Shown here: one piece after another, positions 13,067 through 25,345 of the stretch
Layout: the number at the start of each line of letters is the position of its first letter
How positions within the stretch are numbered: position 1 is the stretch's first letter
Assembly: GCA_002269645.1 (NCBI GenBank)
Contig: NIVC01001752.1
Coordinates: 1-64,000, forward strand
Length of the DNA stretch: 64,000 nt
Reading direction: 5' to 3'
Origin: Macrostomum lignano
Taxonomy: Eukaryota
Notes under the pieces: model-generated
Databases searched by the model: none
Told to the model about the DNA's origin: nothing
What the model saw: the letters and a program-made list of their open reading frames with translations, nothing else
Translations under genes and position numbers: made by a program

Positions 13067-13103
13067 ACGCTTGATTTTCTTATATTTCTACTTTAAGTAG
13101 CTT
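13067..13103 (+). repeat. 37-bp exact direct repeat, copy 1 (copy 2 at 18309-18345)
   Basis: ACGCTTGATTTTCTTATATTTCTACTTTAAGTAGCTT is identical at both sites. Confidence 0.9.
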
Positions 13104-13717
13104 CCTATATACTAAAAATGAAAATCTTGCTTGCTTGCTTGTAATCGATTAGAGAAAAAATGGCTGGACCGATTTTGTTCGAACTTGCACTGTTCGATCA
13201 GAAATTTTCCCGTGACTGTACATGCATCGTGGCTAAGAAATTGCTCGATGCTAAAGGCATTAAATATTCGAAAAACATGCTTTTTTGCAAAGTTCAAGCA
13301 AAGTTTTCGACTTGAAATGCATTGTAAGAATGCTAGAGAAAAAATTGACTGGTTGAATTCTGATTCTGAAATAGATTGCATCATAACTGAATTGTAACTC
13401 CGACTTGAATTGAAAATGCAGTGTGGAAGCGTAGCACCAGACTTGATTTAAATTGCGTAACCATATTGTTAACTGATACTGACTGACTGAGAAACTGATT
13501 ATGTCATAACTGCTTCGTGTGATTTGCTCGATGCTTGGATTTTAAAGTGTTGAATTATATAAGTGCAAAATTTCATGTTATCAAAACGATGAGAGCTAGC
13601 CTAAAGGTGAACAAACTGAACTGCTAAATGCAGCGACGATGGTTCGAATTTTCATTGAGTATAATTTTTTTAATTAAAGCTTTTCAACGTCAGGAAAACT
13701 AAAAGACTTTTTAAAAA

Positions 13718-16700
13718 GAAGCGTCATGTAAAAATCATAAAAGCGTCATGTAAAAAATCATAGAAGCGTCATGTAAACAATCATAGAAGCGTCATTTAAA
13801 AATCATAGAAGCGTCATTTAAAAATCATAGAAGCGTCATTTAAAAATCATAGAAGCGTAATTTAAAAAATCATAGAAGCGTCATGTAAACAATCATAGAA
13901 GCGTCATATAAAAATCATAGAAGCGTCATGTAAACAATCATAGAAGCGTCATGTAAAAAATCATAGAAGCGTCATGTAAACAATCATAGAAGCGTCATGT
14001 AAACAATCATAGAAGCGTCATGTAAAAAATCATAGAAGCGTCATGTAAACAATCATAGAAGCGTCATGTAAAAAATCGTAGAAGCGTCATTTAAAAATCA
14101 TAGAAGCATCATTTAAAAAATCATAGAAGCGTCATGTAAAAAATCGTAGAAGCGTCATATAAAAATCATAGAAGCGTCATTTAAAAAATCATAGAAGCGT
14201 CATGTAAAAAATCATAGAAGCGTCATGTGAACAATCATAAAAGCGTCATGTAAACAATCATAGAAGCGTCATGTAAAGAATCATAGAAGCGTCATGTAAA
14301 CAATCATAGAAGCGTCATTTAAAAGATCATAGAAGCGTCATGTAAACAATCATAGAAGCGTCATTTAAAAAATCATAGAAGCGTCATGTAAACAATCATA
14401 GAAGCGTAATTTAAAAAATCATAGAAGCGTCATGTAAACAATCATAGAAGCGTCATTTAAAAATCATAGAAGCGTAATTTAAAAAATCATAGAAGCGTCA
14501 TGTAAACAATCATAGAAGCGTCATATAAAAATCATAGAAGCGTCATGTAAACAATCATAGAAGCGTCATGTAAACAATCATAGAAGCGTCATGTAAAAAA
14601 TCGTAGAAGCGTCATATAAAAATCATAGAAGCGTCATGTAAAAAATCATAGAAGCGTCATGTAAACAATCATAGAAGCGTCATGTAAACAATCATAGAAG
14701 CGTCATGTAAACAATCATAGAAGCGTCATGTAAAAAATCATAGAAGCGTCATGTAAACAATCATAGAAGCGTCATTTAAAAAATCATAGAAGCGTCATGT
14801 AAACAATCATAGAAGCGTCATGTAAAAAATCATAGAAGCGTCATTTAAAAATCATAGAAGCGTAATTTAAAAAATCATAGAAGCGTCATGTAAACAATCA
14901 TAGAAGCGTCATATAAAAATCATAGAAGCGTCATGTAAACAATCATAGAAGCGTCATGTAAAAAATCATAGAAGCGTCATGTAAACAATCATAGAAGCGT
15001 CATGTAAACAATCATAGAAGCGTCATATAAAAATCATAGAAGCGTCATGTAAACAATCAAAGAAGCGTCATGTAAAAAATCATAGAAGCGTCATGTAAAC
15101 AATCATAGAAGCGTCATGTAAACAATCATAGAAGCGTCATGTAAAAAATCGTAGAAGCGTCATGTAAACAATCATAGAAGCGTCATGTAAAAAATCGTAG
15201 AAGCGTCATATAAAAATCATAGAAGCATCATTTAAAAAATCATAGAAGCGTCATGTAAAAAATCGTAGAAGCGTCATATAAAAATCATAGAAGCGTCATT
15301 TAAAAAATCATAGAAGCGTCATGTAAAAAATTATAGAAGCGTCATGTAAACAATCATAGAAGCGTCATGTAAACAATCATAGAAGCGTCATGTAAACAAT
15401 CATAGAAGCGTCATTTAAAAGATCATAGAAGCGTCATGTAAACAATCATAGAAGCGTCATTTAAAAAATCATAGAAGCGTCATGTAAACAATCATAGAAG
15501 CGTCATTTAAAAAATCATAGAAGCGTCATGTAAACAATCATAGAAGCGTAATTTAAAAAATCATAGAAGCGTCATGTAAACAATCATAGAAGCGTCATTT
15601 AAAAATCATAGAAGCGTAATTTAAAAAATCATAGAAGCGTCATGTAAACAATCATAGAAGCGTCATATAAAAATCATAGAAGCGTCATGTAAACAATCAT
15701 AGAAGCGTCATGTAAACAATCATAGAAGCGTCATGTAAAAAATCGTAGAAGCGTCATATAAAAATCATAGAAGCGTCATGTAAAAAATCATAGAAGCGTC
15801 ATGTAAACAATCATAGAAGCGTCATGTAAACAATCATAGAAGCGTCATGTAAACAATCATAGAAGCGTCATGTAAAAAATCATAGAAGCGTCATGTAAAC
15901 AATCATAGAAGCGTCATTTAAAAAATCATAGAAGCGTCATGTAAACAATCATAGAAGCGTCATGTAAAAAATCATAGAAGCGTCATTTAAAAATCATAGA
16001 AGCGTAATTTAAAAAATCATAGAAGCGTCATGTAAACAATCATAGAAGCGTCATATAAAAATCATAGAAGCGTCATGTAAACAATCATAGAAGCGTCATG
16101 TAAAAAATCATAGAAGCGTCATGTAAACAATCATAGAAGCGTCATGTAAACAATCATAGAAGCGTCATGTAAAAAATCGTAGAAGCGTCATATAAAAATC
16201 ATAGAAGCATCATTTAAAAAATCATAGAAGCGTCATGTAAAAAATCGTTGAAGCGTCATATAAAAATCATAGAAGTGTCATTTAAAAAATCATAGAAGCG
16301 TCATGTAAAAAATCGTTGAAGCGTCATATAAAAATCATAGAAGTGTCATTTAAAAAATCATAGAAGCGTCATGTAAAAAATCATAGAAGCGTCATGTGAA
16401 CAATCATAAAAGCGTCATGTAAACAATCATAGAAGCGTCATGTAAACAATCATAGAAGCGTCATGTAAACAATCATAGAAGCGTCATTTAAAAGATCATA
16501 GAAGCGTCATGTAAACAATCATAGAAGCGTCATTTAAAAAATCATAGAAGCGTCATGTAAACAATCATAGAAGCGTAATTTAAAAAATCATAGAAGCGTC
16601 ATGTAAACAATCATAGAAGCGTCATGTAAACAATCATAGAAGCGTCATTTAAAAAATCATAGAAGCGTCATTTAAAAATCATAGAAGCCTCATTTATAAA
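13718..16700 (+). repeat. 22-23 bp AT-rich satellite (ATCATAGAAGCGTCATGTAAACA) with ~1.0-1.1 kb higher-order repeat
   Basis: Tandem units. Rare variants recur at ~1.0-1.1 kb spacing (GAAGCATC ~14106/15225/16207; AAAAGATC ~14320/15415/16490). Confidence 0.95.
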
Positions 16701-16899
16701 CTAATGAAAGTGTCATTTAAAAAATTAAGAAGCATCATGGTAGAATAAAAGAAGCGTCATGTCAGACATGAAGGGTGTCATGTAAAAGTTAAATGCAGCT
16801 ATAATGCTGTGCTGGGGAGAAAAACTGAGACGTAAAGGCTCTCAGAGAATATGAGACGTAAAGGCTCTCAGAGAATAACTGAGATTACGGGGGGGGGGT

Positions 16900-17920
16900 T
16901 TCTGAGATGTCAAAGCAAAAGTCAGAAGCTACTTCAAAGTTCATGTACTTTACTCAATTTTTTTATTGCATTCTTTGTTGGCTCGCCACGGGGGGCGCTG
17001 ATAGAAGAAGAGTCATGTAAAAAATAAAAGTAGCACTATGTATACATAAAAGAAAAGTCATGTCGAAGTTAAAAGATTCATTTGGGAATTGCTACGATGT
17101 CAAAGCTTGGTGGAAATCGTTATAGTGCTGTGATTCTTAAAGAAGGAATCACTAAAATGTCAAGGCTTAGGGGAGAAGAATTGCTGAGATTTCAAGGCTT
17201 TAGGTTGGGTTAAAGTTAGGTTAGGTCAGGTTTGGGTTGAGGGTTATATTTTATCGGGTTTCAAGGTTAACAGGGGATTTTTTAGTTTTCAAGGTTTATG
17301 GGGGCCATCGCTGACATGTCAAGGCTTACGGGGGGAATAGCTGAGATGTCAAGGCTCACGGGGGTATAAATGAGATTTCAAGGCTAAAGTCAGAAGCTAC
17401 ATGTAGTTTATTGAAAACTTATTGTAACTTTTTATTACATTATTTGATGCCTCCTCAGGGGAGGGATCGCTGATAATAAAAAAGCGTAATGTAAAAAATA
17501 AAAGCTTCATGTCGAAGTTAAGAGATTCATTTGGGAATCCCTACGATGTCGAGGCTTGTAGGGAATCGCTATAATCCTGTAGTAGTGCTATTATGACTCT
17601 TAGAGAGAATTACTGAAATTTCAATGCTTTAGGGTTAGGTTAGGGTTATGGTTAGGGTTAGGGTTAGGGTTAGGGTTAGGCTAGGGTTAGGGTTAGAAGG
17701 TTGACAGATATTTTTAGATTTCCAAGGCTTATTGGGGGCATTGCTGAGATGTCAAGGGGGGGAAGTTGATATGTTAAAGCTTGTGGGGGGGGGGAATTAC
17801 TGACATGTCAAGGCTTACAAGGTTTGACAGGAGATTTTTTAAGATTTCAAGGATACATGTAGCTTATTAAAAAAACGTGTATTGCATTTCTTTGGCTCCC
17901 CAACGGGGGGCGTAGATTGC
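16900..17920 (+). repeat. Degenerate ~450-470 bp tandem duplication (two copies plus a partial third)
   Basis: GTCAGAAGCTAC at 16921 and 17389; CATGTCGAAGTTAA..GATTCATTTGGGAAT at ~17059 and ~17508; many CTGAGATGTCAAGGCTT sub-repeats. Confidence 0.75.
17629..17696 (+). repeat. Interstitial telomeric-type (TTAGGG)n tract, ~11 units
   Basis: TTAGGG units are readable directly. A more degenerate equivalent lies at ~17200-17245 in the upstream duplicate. Confidence 0.85.
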
Positions 17921-17944
17921 TAGTAAATAGCTAAGTAGCTTAGG

Positions 17945-18304
17945 GGGGCCGTAGCCCAGCGGTCTAGCGCAGCTGCTCTGGTGAGCCAGCGACCCAGGCT
18001 CGATTCCAAGTGCAGTCACATTAATTTGGGGCTGAATTGGAATCTCGGCTTGGCTCTGCTCGTGCAATTAACGGCCTTGAGAGCCAACCCCCCAAGGCAC
18101 AGTAAAGTGTACATGCCTAACGATAATATAAAGTTAGGGTCGCTGTACACTCCTGTGTGAGTGTGTGCCTGCGTACGTATCCGCGCGCTTGTATGCCTGC
18201 TCAGGGAAGTCGGCGGAATGGGCAGTAATGCCTCTCGCCGGTTGTGTGCCTATGTCGCTTAAAGTGCGCCAGGGTGCACACAACCCCCTGCCTCTAATAA
18301 AAAA
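17945..18304 (+). mobile_element. tRNA-derived SINE (~360 bp)
   Basis: A box TAGCCCAGCGG 17952-17962, B box GGCTCGATTCC 17997-18007, anticodon-arm-like stem, no acceptor-stem pairing, non-tRNA body, AATAAAAAA-type tail at ~18296-18304. Confidence 0.75.
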
Positions 18305-18308
18305 GTTG

Positions 18309-18345
18309 ACGCTTGATTTTCTTATATTTCTACTTTAAGTAGCTT
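18309..18345 (+). repeat. 37-bp exact direct repeat, copy 2
   Basis: Identical to 13067-13103; lies just after the SINE A-tail. Confidence 0.9.
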
Positions 18346-19148
18346 AAATAGTCAGAATTCTATTTTTTATTTAAACTAGGATAAAGAGAAGAGAGAGAAG
18401 TCTGAAGAGACAAAAACCTTGGATTGCTTTTGTGAAGTTTCAAAAGACCCGATTGCGCCGGATAGCGAAGCTTTGGGGGCCGGAGTTTTCCCAAAACCCT
18501 GGTTTAATCTTTGTCTTAAAAAAATCTCGATATGTTATCACGGATTTCTAAATTACAAATGATGCTTAATTGAAATTCAGAACTTTACGTTGGAAGTGTA
18601 ACCCCCGGTAATCATTCAACATTATCTGCGGTTAAATTAACTGCATATTATATAGTTACGTCATCGTGAATAGAATTTCAACAATAATGGATTTCGGGGT
18701 CCCTCGCATTTAGTGTCAGTTTTACGACATCAAGCGCTTAACGCCATCTACTTAATTGTAAATTCTTGGCCTGCCTTTTGTGCTGAAGATCTGGTAATTT
18801 CCTGAAGCAACTAACTTGATGAAGTTCCAGCCTAAGCTATGCTGGGAACTACCCGCTACTTAACAGCAGATGATGAAGAAGTGAGAAATCTGAGTTGGTT
18901 GGAGGCTTTATAAAAGCCCTAATCTTGCGCCGGTTTTAATTCTGGCTAGACAACGCTTCTAATATCCATTTTAACTACGAGGTCAAATTTAATGTGTGTC
19001 CTGAGCTCTTACGAGTATGTCAACTCTCTTGAACTGATTTTGAGGCTTTGAATTCTTCAAGTCGGAGAAATATTCCGCTTCGAATTTCATGAGGTCACTA
19101 CCGACTGCTCATCCAGGTGCTCAGCTCGCTGTCATGTCACTGACGACA

Positions 19149-20600
19149 ACCAAGAGACGGGGGGCGCCCATTCAAGAGACGGGGCGCCCACTAAGAGACA
19201 GGGCTCTCACCAAGAGACGGGGGCATCCACCAAAGACAGGGGCACCCACCAAGAGACAGGGCTCTCACCAAGAAACAGGGGCACCCACCAAGAGACAGGG
19301 CTCTCACCAAGAGACAGGGGCACCCACCAAGAGACAGGGGCACCCACCAAGAGACAGGGGCACCCACCAAGAGACAGGGGTGCCCACCAAGAGACAGGAG
19401 CGCCCACCAAGAGTCAGGGGCGCCCACCAAGAGACAGGGCTCTCACCAAGAGACGGGGGCATCCACCAAAAGACAGGGGCACCCACCAAGAGACGGGCAC
19501 CCACCAAGAGACAGGGGTGCCCACCAAGAGACAGGGGCGCCCACCAAGAGTCAGGGGCGCCCACCAAGAGACAGGGCTCTCACCAAGAGACGGGGGCATC
19601 CACCAAAAGACAGGGGCACCCACCAAGAGACAGGGCTCTCACCAAGAGACAGGGGCACCCACCAAGAGACAGGGGCGCCCACCAAGAGACAGGGGCACCC
19701 ACCAAGAGACAGGGGCATCCACCAAGAGACAGGGGCGCCCACCCAAAGTCAGTGGTGCCCACCAAAAGACAGGGGCGCCCACCAAAAGACAGGCGCCTAC
19801 CAAGAGACAGGGCTCTCACCAAGAGACAGGGGTGCCCATAAGAGACAGTGGCACCCACCAAGAGACAGGGGCGCCCACCAAAAGACAGGGCTCTCACCAA
19901 GAGACAGGGACGCCCACCAAAAGACGGGCGCCCACCAAGAGACGGGGGCGCCCACCAAAAGACAGGTGCCTACCAAGAGACAGGGGCGCCCACCAAAAGA
20001 CAGGGGCGCCCACCAAGAGACAGGGGCGCCCACCAAGAGACAGGGGCACCCACCAAGAGATAGGGGCGCCCACCCAAAGTCAGTGGTGCCTACCAAGAGA
20101 CAGGGGCGCCCACCCAAAGTCAGTGGTGCCTACCAAGAGATAGGGGCGCCCACCCAAAGTCAGTGGTGCCTACCAAGAGACAGGGGCGCCCACCAAGAGA
20201 CAGGGGCGCCCAACAAGAGACAGGGGCGCCCATAAGAGACAGGGACGCCCACCAAGAGACAGGGCTCTCACCAAGAGACAGGGCTCTCACCAAGAGACAG
20301 GGACGCCCACCAAAAGACGGGCGCCCACCAAGAGACGGGGGCGCCCACCAAAAAACAGGTGCCTACCAAGAGACAGGGGCGCCCACCAAGAGACAGGGGC
20401 GCCCACCAAGAGACAGGGGCGCCCACCAAGAGACAGGGGCACCCACCAAGAGACAGGGGCGCCCACCAAGAGACAGGGGCGCCCACCAAGAGACAGGGGC
20501 GCCCACCAAAAGTCAGTGGTGCCCAGCAAGAGACAGGGACGCCCACCAAAAGTCAAGGGCGCCCAGCAAGAGCCAGGGACGCTCTCCAAAAGACCCCACC
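19149..20600 (+). repeat. ~20 bp GC-rich minisatellite (CACCAAGAGACAGGGGCGCC)
   Basis: Tandem units with GGCGCC/GGCACC/GGTGCC variants. Explains the many overlapping repeat ORFs here. Confidence 0.95.
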
Positions 20601-21354
20601 AAGAGGCACCCTGGCATACATAGGCCTCATAATGATTAAAAATATGAACAAAACGATACGATCCCGCCCGAGAAAATGATCGACAATTATAAAACCATGG
20701 CTATAATAAAGCTGAGCCTACAGCAGAAACACAGTTTCACTTGGAAGACAATATCTAAGCTACATGTATATCCTACGATGATTAAGACTTGAGGGGGATC
20801 CCAGCTAAAGCTGCAGTTTGTTTGTCTACTCAGCTTGAAGCCGCTGGGCGCGTCGCTAGTAGCTTCATCAACAATTACGAAAAAAAGAATCCGAACTGGT
20901 CGGACAACATGTGACGCTAGTGCAGTCATTTTGTTTCGGGTTTGGGGATCCTTAATGATCCTGCCTTGTAATTATTCATACTTGTGCCCCGCCGTATTAA
21001 GCGAAGAAAAGAAAGATTCGCTTTTCACTTCCTACCACAACACAACTGGTCGAGTAATTGGGGGTCTGGGGGCCGATGGAGGAAGTAAAAAAAAACAAGA
21101 AAGCCGCCAGAATGAATGACAATGACCCCGGGCCGACTGTCTCTGTGTGCACAGGCGGGATTGGTGCAAATGTTATGGCTGTGGGGCTTCTATGTATCTA
21201 TCTCTTGTGCCTTGCGACTCCTTTCGTGTCTGCCTACCAATTTAGTAGTAGACAGGTTTAACGACTCGCTTTAATTGCTGGGATGCCAATTTTTTGTTTC
21301 CTCAGTTTTGCCTGTTGTCGAGATTTGCTTGGTCTAAAATCTGAATGCTGAACT

Positions 21355-22330
21355 AGCACCCGGATTTAAATTGTGGCGCCAAATAGCACCCAGATTGTGG
21401 TGCCATTAGCATTCAACTTGTGGCGCCATCAGGATTTAAAACTGTGGCGTCATTAGCATCCAAATTGTGGCGCCATTAGCATCTACCTAAGATTGTGGCG
21501 CCATTTGCATCCAAATTGTGGCGCCATTAGCATATAAAATTGTGGCGCCATTACATCTAAATTGTGGCGCCATTGCATCCAAATTGTGACGCCATTAGCA
21601 TCCAAATTGTGACGCCATTAGCATCCAAATTGTGGCGCCATTAGTCTCCAGATTGTCGCGCCATTAGCACCCAAATTGTCGCGCCAATAATAGACATATT
21701 GTGGCGCCATTAACATCCAAATTGTGGTGCCATTAGATTCCAACTTGTGCCGCCATTAGATTCCAAATTGTGGCGCCATTAGCATCCAAATAGTGGCGCC
21801 ATTTGCATCCAAATTGTGGCGCCACTAGCATCCAAATTGTGGCGCCATAGCATTCAAATTGTAGCGCCATTAGCATCCAAATAGTGGCGCCATTAGCACC
21901 CAAATAGTGGCGCCATTAGCATCCAAATAGTCGCGCCTTTAGCATCCAAATAGTGGCGCCATTAGATTCCAAATGTGGCGCCATTAGCATCCAAATTGTG
22001 GCGCCATTAGCATCCAAATTGTGGCGCCATAGCATTCAAATTGTAGCTCCATTAGCATCCAAATAGTGGCGCCATTAGCACCCAAATAGTGGCGCCATTA
22101 GTATCCAACTTGTGCCGCAATTAGCATCCAAATAGTGGCGCCATTAGATTCCAAATGTGGCGCCATTAGCATCCAAATTGTGGCGCCATTAGCTTCCAAA
22201 TTGTGGCGCCATTAGCATACAAATTGTGGCGCCATTAGCATCCAAATTGTGGCGCCATTAGCATCCAAATTGTGGCGCCATTTGCATCTAAATTGTAGCG
22301 CTAGTAGCATACAAATTGTGGCGCCATTAG
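21355..22330 (+). repeat. ~22 bp minisatellite (AAATTGTGGCGCCATTAGCATCC)
   Basis: Tandem units with a GGCGCC core. Confidence 0.95.
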
Positions 22331-22904
22331 CACGTGAATCAGGGTCAGTATTTCACACAAAAAACTGCAAGTTAATTCTTGCGTTTCTCCAAACAGCAGG
22401 TGCGCCATTTCTCTGCTCGACAGTGAAACCGTATGAAACAGGATTATGTAATTTTCACTCGCACTTACACTTCGTACTCATTTTTGCTCTGCCCATTGCT
22501 GCTGTTTAAACTTTTTTCTGATCAGCCGCGATATATATGTATATAGGTGGCCGCCATTCCCAATGCCGCTACAATCGTGACTGGTTTGTTATGAGCGGCT
22601 CCAGACTTGTCAATCACTTTCACCGCGCTTAAGTTATAAATGTAAAAAAAACTAGAAATTCTAGCAGACGTTTGACCAACTGCTTGCGCTGCGGGGCGGG
22701 ACATTGGATTAGGGTGTTGGGGGGGGGGGGATTTCGGAGTTGTTCGCACAGCTGTTTCATTTATACTGTGCGGTGTGACATGAGTAATGATATATAATAA
22801 ATCCGCCCTTTGTTTATGCCTGGCCAAAACCCTGATCTCAAGGCCATACTTACAAACTGTTTGAGGAGCGATCCAGGTGAATGAAAAACAATGCTATGAT
22901 GTCA

Positions 22905-24448
22905 GATTTGATGTAGTGTCATTTCACTTGATGTAGTGTCATTTCACTTGATGTAGTGTCATTTCACTTGATGCAGTGCCATTTCACTTGAAAGAGTGCC
23001 ATTTCACTTGATAGAGTGCCATTTCACTCGATGGAGTGCCATTTCATTTGATGGAGTGCTATTTCACTTGACTGAGTGCCAATTCACTTGATGAAGTGCT
23101 ATTTCATTTGATGGGGTGCCATTTAACTTGATAGAGTGTCATTTAACTTGATGGAATGCCATTTAACTTGAGAGAGTGCCATTTCACTTGATTGAGTGCC
23201 ATTTAATTTGATGGAGTGCCATTTTATTTGATGGAGTGCCATTTCAATTGATGGAGTGCCATTTCACTTGATAGAGTGCCATTTTAGTTGATGGAGTGCC
23301 ATTTTACTTGATGGAGTGCCATTTTGCTTGATGGAGTGCCATTTTACTTGATGGAGTGCCATTTCACTTGATAGAGTGCCATTTCACTCGATGGAGTGCC
23401 ATTTCACTTGATGGAGTGCCATTTCACTTGATTGAGTGCCATTTCACTTGATTGAGTGCCATTTCACTTGAAAAAGTGCAATTTCACTTGATGGAGTGCC
23501 ATTTCAATTGATGCAGTGCCAATTTACTTGATGGAGTGCCATTTCAATTGATGAAGTGCCATTTTGCTTGAGAGAGTGCCATTTCACTTGATGGTGTGGT
23601 CATTTAACTTGATGGAGTGTCATTTCACTTGATGGAGTGCCATTTCACTTGAGAAAGTGCAATTTCGCTTGATGGAGTGCCATTTCACTTGATGGAGTGC
23701 CATTTCACTTGAGAGAGTGCCATTTCGCTTGATGGAGTGCCATTTCACTTGATGGAGTGCCATTTTACTTGATGGAGTGCCATTTCACTTGATGGAGTGC
23801 CATTTCACTTGATGGAGTGCCATTTTACTTGATGGAGTGCCATTTCACTTGATGGAGTGCCATTTCATTTGATGGAGTGCCATTTCACTTGATGGAGTGC
23901 CATTTCAATTGATGGAGTGCCATTTTGCTTGAGAGAGTGCCATTTCACTTGAGAAAGTGCCATTTCACTTGATGAGGTGCCATTTCACTTGAGAGAGTGC
24001 CATTTCACTTGAGAGAGTGTCATTTCACTTCATGGAATGCCATTTAACTTGAGAGAGTGCCATTTAACTTGATGGAGTGCCATTTCACTTGATGGAGTGC
24101 CATTTCACTTGATGGAGTGCCATTTCACTTGATGGAGTGCCATTTTACTTGATGAAGTGCCATTTCAATTGATGGAGTGCCATTTTGCTTGAGAGAGTGC
24201 CATTTCACTTGATGGAGTGCCATTTCACTTGATGGATGCCATTTTACTTGAAGGAATGCCATTTCACTTAAAGGAGTGCCATTTCACTTGAAGGAGTGCC
24301 ATTTCACTTGAGAGAGTGCCATTTAACTTGAGAGAGTGCCATTTAACTTGATGGAGTGCCATTTCACTTGATGGAGTGCCATTTCACTTGATGGAGTGCC
24401 ATTTCACTTGATGGAGTGCCATTTCACTTGATGGAGTGCCATTTCATC
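22905..24448 (+). repeat. 20 bp minisatellite (ATTTCACTTGATGGAGTGCC), ~75 units
   Basis: Tandem units in near-constant register. Confidence 0.96.
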
Positions 24449-24877
24449 TCTCATATCGTCAGTAAATTCTGTGACTGGAGAGAGAGAGACCAACGGGTAG
24501 CATCATGAGCTGCATAGAGGCTGAAGCTCACCACACAAAGTGTCACTCAATGCCCTTAATGCGCAGTTTACCTGTCTTTCAACTACAAAAAACACTAATT
24601 GAGTAGGTGAATTGTTGGATCTAGAATTTGGTGGAGGGGGGGAACAATACACTCTCAGCCAGATGGTTGAAGCCCTCTGAAATATTTGCTCGCTAAACCT
24701 GGTTAGTTGTAAACAGCAACTCGACATTGTCCATCAATTTTTGCTTGTAGGGGCCGGCGTTAATTGCTCTAATGCGTCCCATGATGCAGATTGGTGTGAA
24801 AAATATTATGTATCATCACCTGAAATATAACTTGTTATCTACTTACTTCTGACAATTTTCATCTGCACATCTCTATG

Positions 24878-25345
24878 TGTAGATCTCATCCTATTGCTCA
24901 TCCATCTACTGTAGATCTCATCCTACTGCTCATCCATCTACTGTAGATCTCATCCTACTGCTCATCCATCTACTGTAGATCTCATCCTACTTCTCATCCA
25001 TCTACTGTAGATCTCATCCTACTGCTCATCCATCTACTGTAGATCTCATCCTACTGCTCATCCATCTACTGTAGATCTCATCCTACTGCTCATCCATCTA
25101 CTGTAGATCTCATCCTACTGCTCATCCATCTACTGTAGATCTCATCCTACTGCTCATCCATCTACTGTAGATCTCAACCTACTTATCTCTCTCTCTTGTA
25201 GATCTCACCCAACTTTTATCTCACCCCTAGAGATCTCACCCTACTTCTTATCTCTTCCCTGTAGATCTAAACATACTTCTCATCTTTCCCCTGGAGATCT
25301 CACCCTACTTCTCATCTCTCTGTTTTAGATCTCACCCTACTTTTA
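24878..25345 (+). repeat. 32 bp minisatellite (GTAGATCTCATCCTACTGCTCATCCATCTACT), ~10 clean copies then degenerate
   Basis: Head-to-tail units without spacers; contain TCTAC-T-GTAGA and AGATCT palindromes. Confidence 0.93.

Noticed and set aside
17945-18020. Functional tRNA gene
   Set aside because: The acceptor stem does not pair, the T-arm and B box are degenerate, and the sequence continues into a SINE-like body and A-tail.
24878-25345. 32-bp palindromic repeat as a CRISPR array (also 40915-41560)
   Set aside because: Units are head-to-tail with no unique spacers, there are no cas genes, and the context is eukaryotic.
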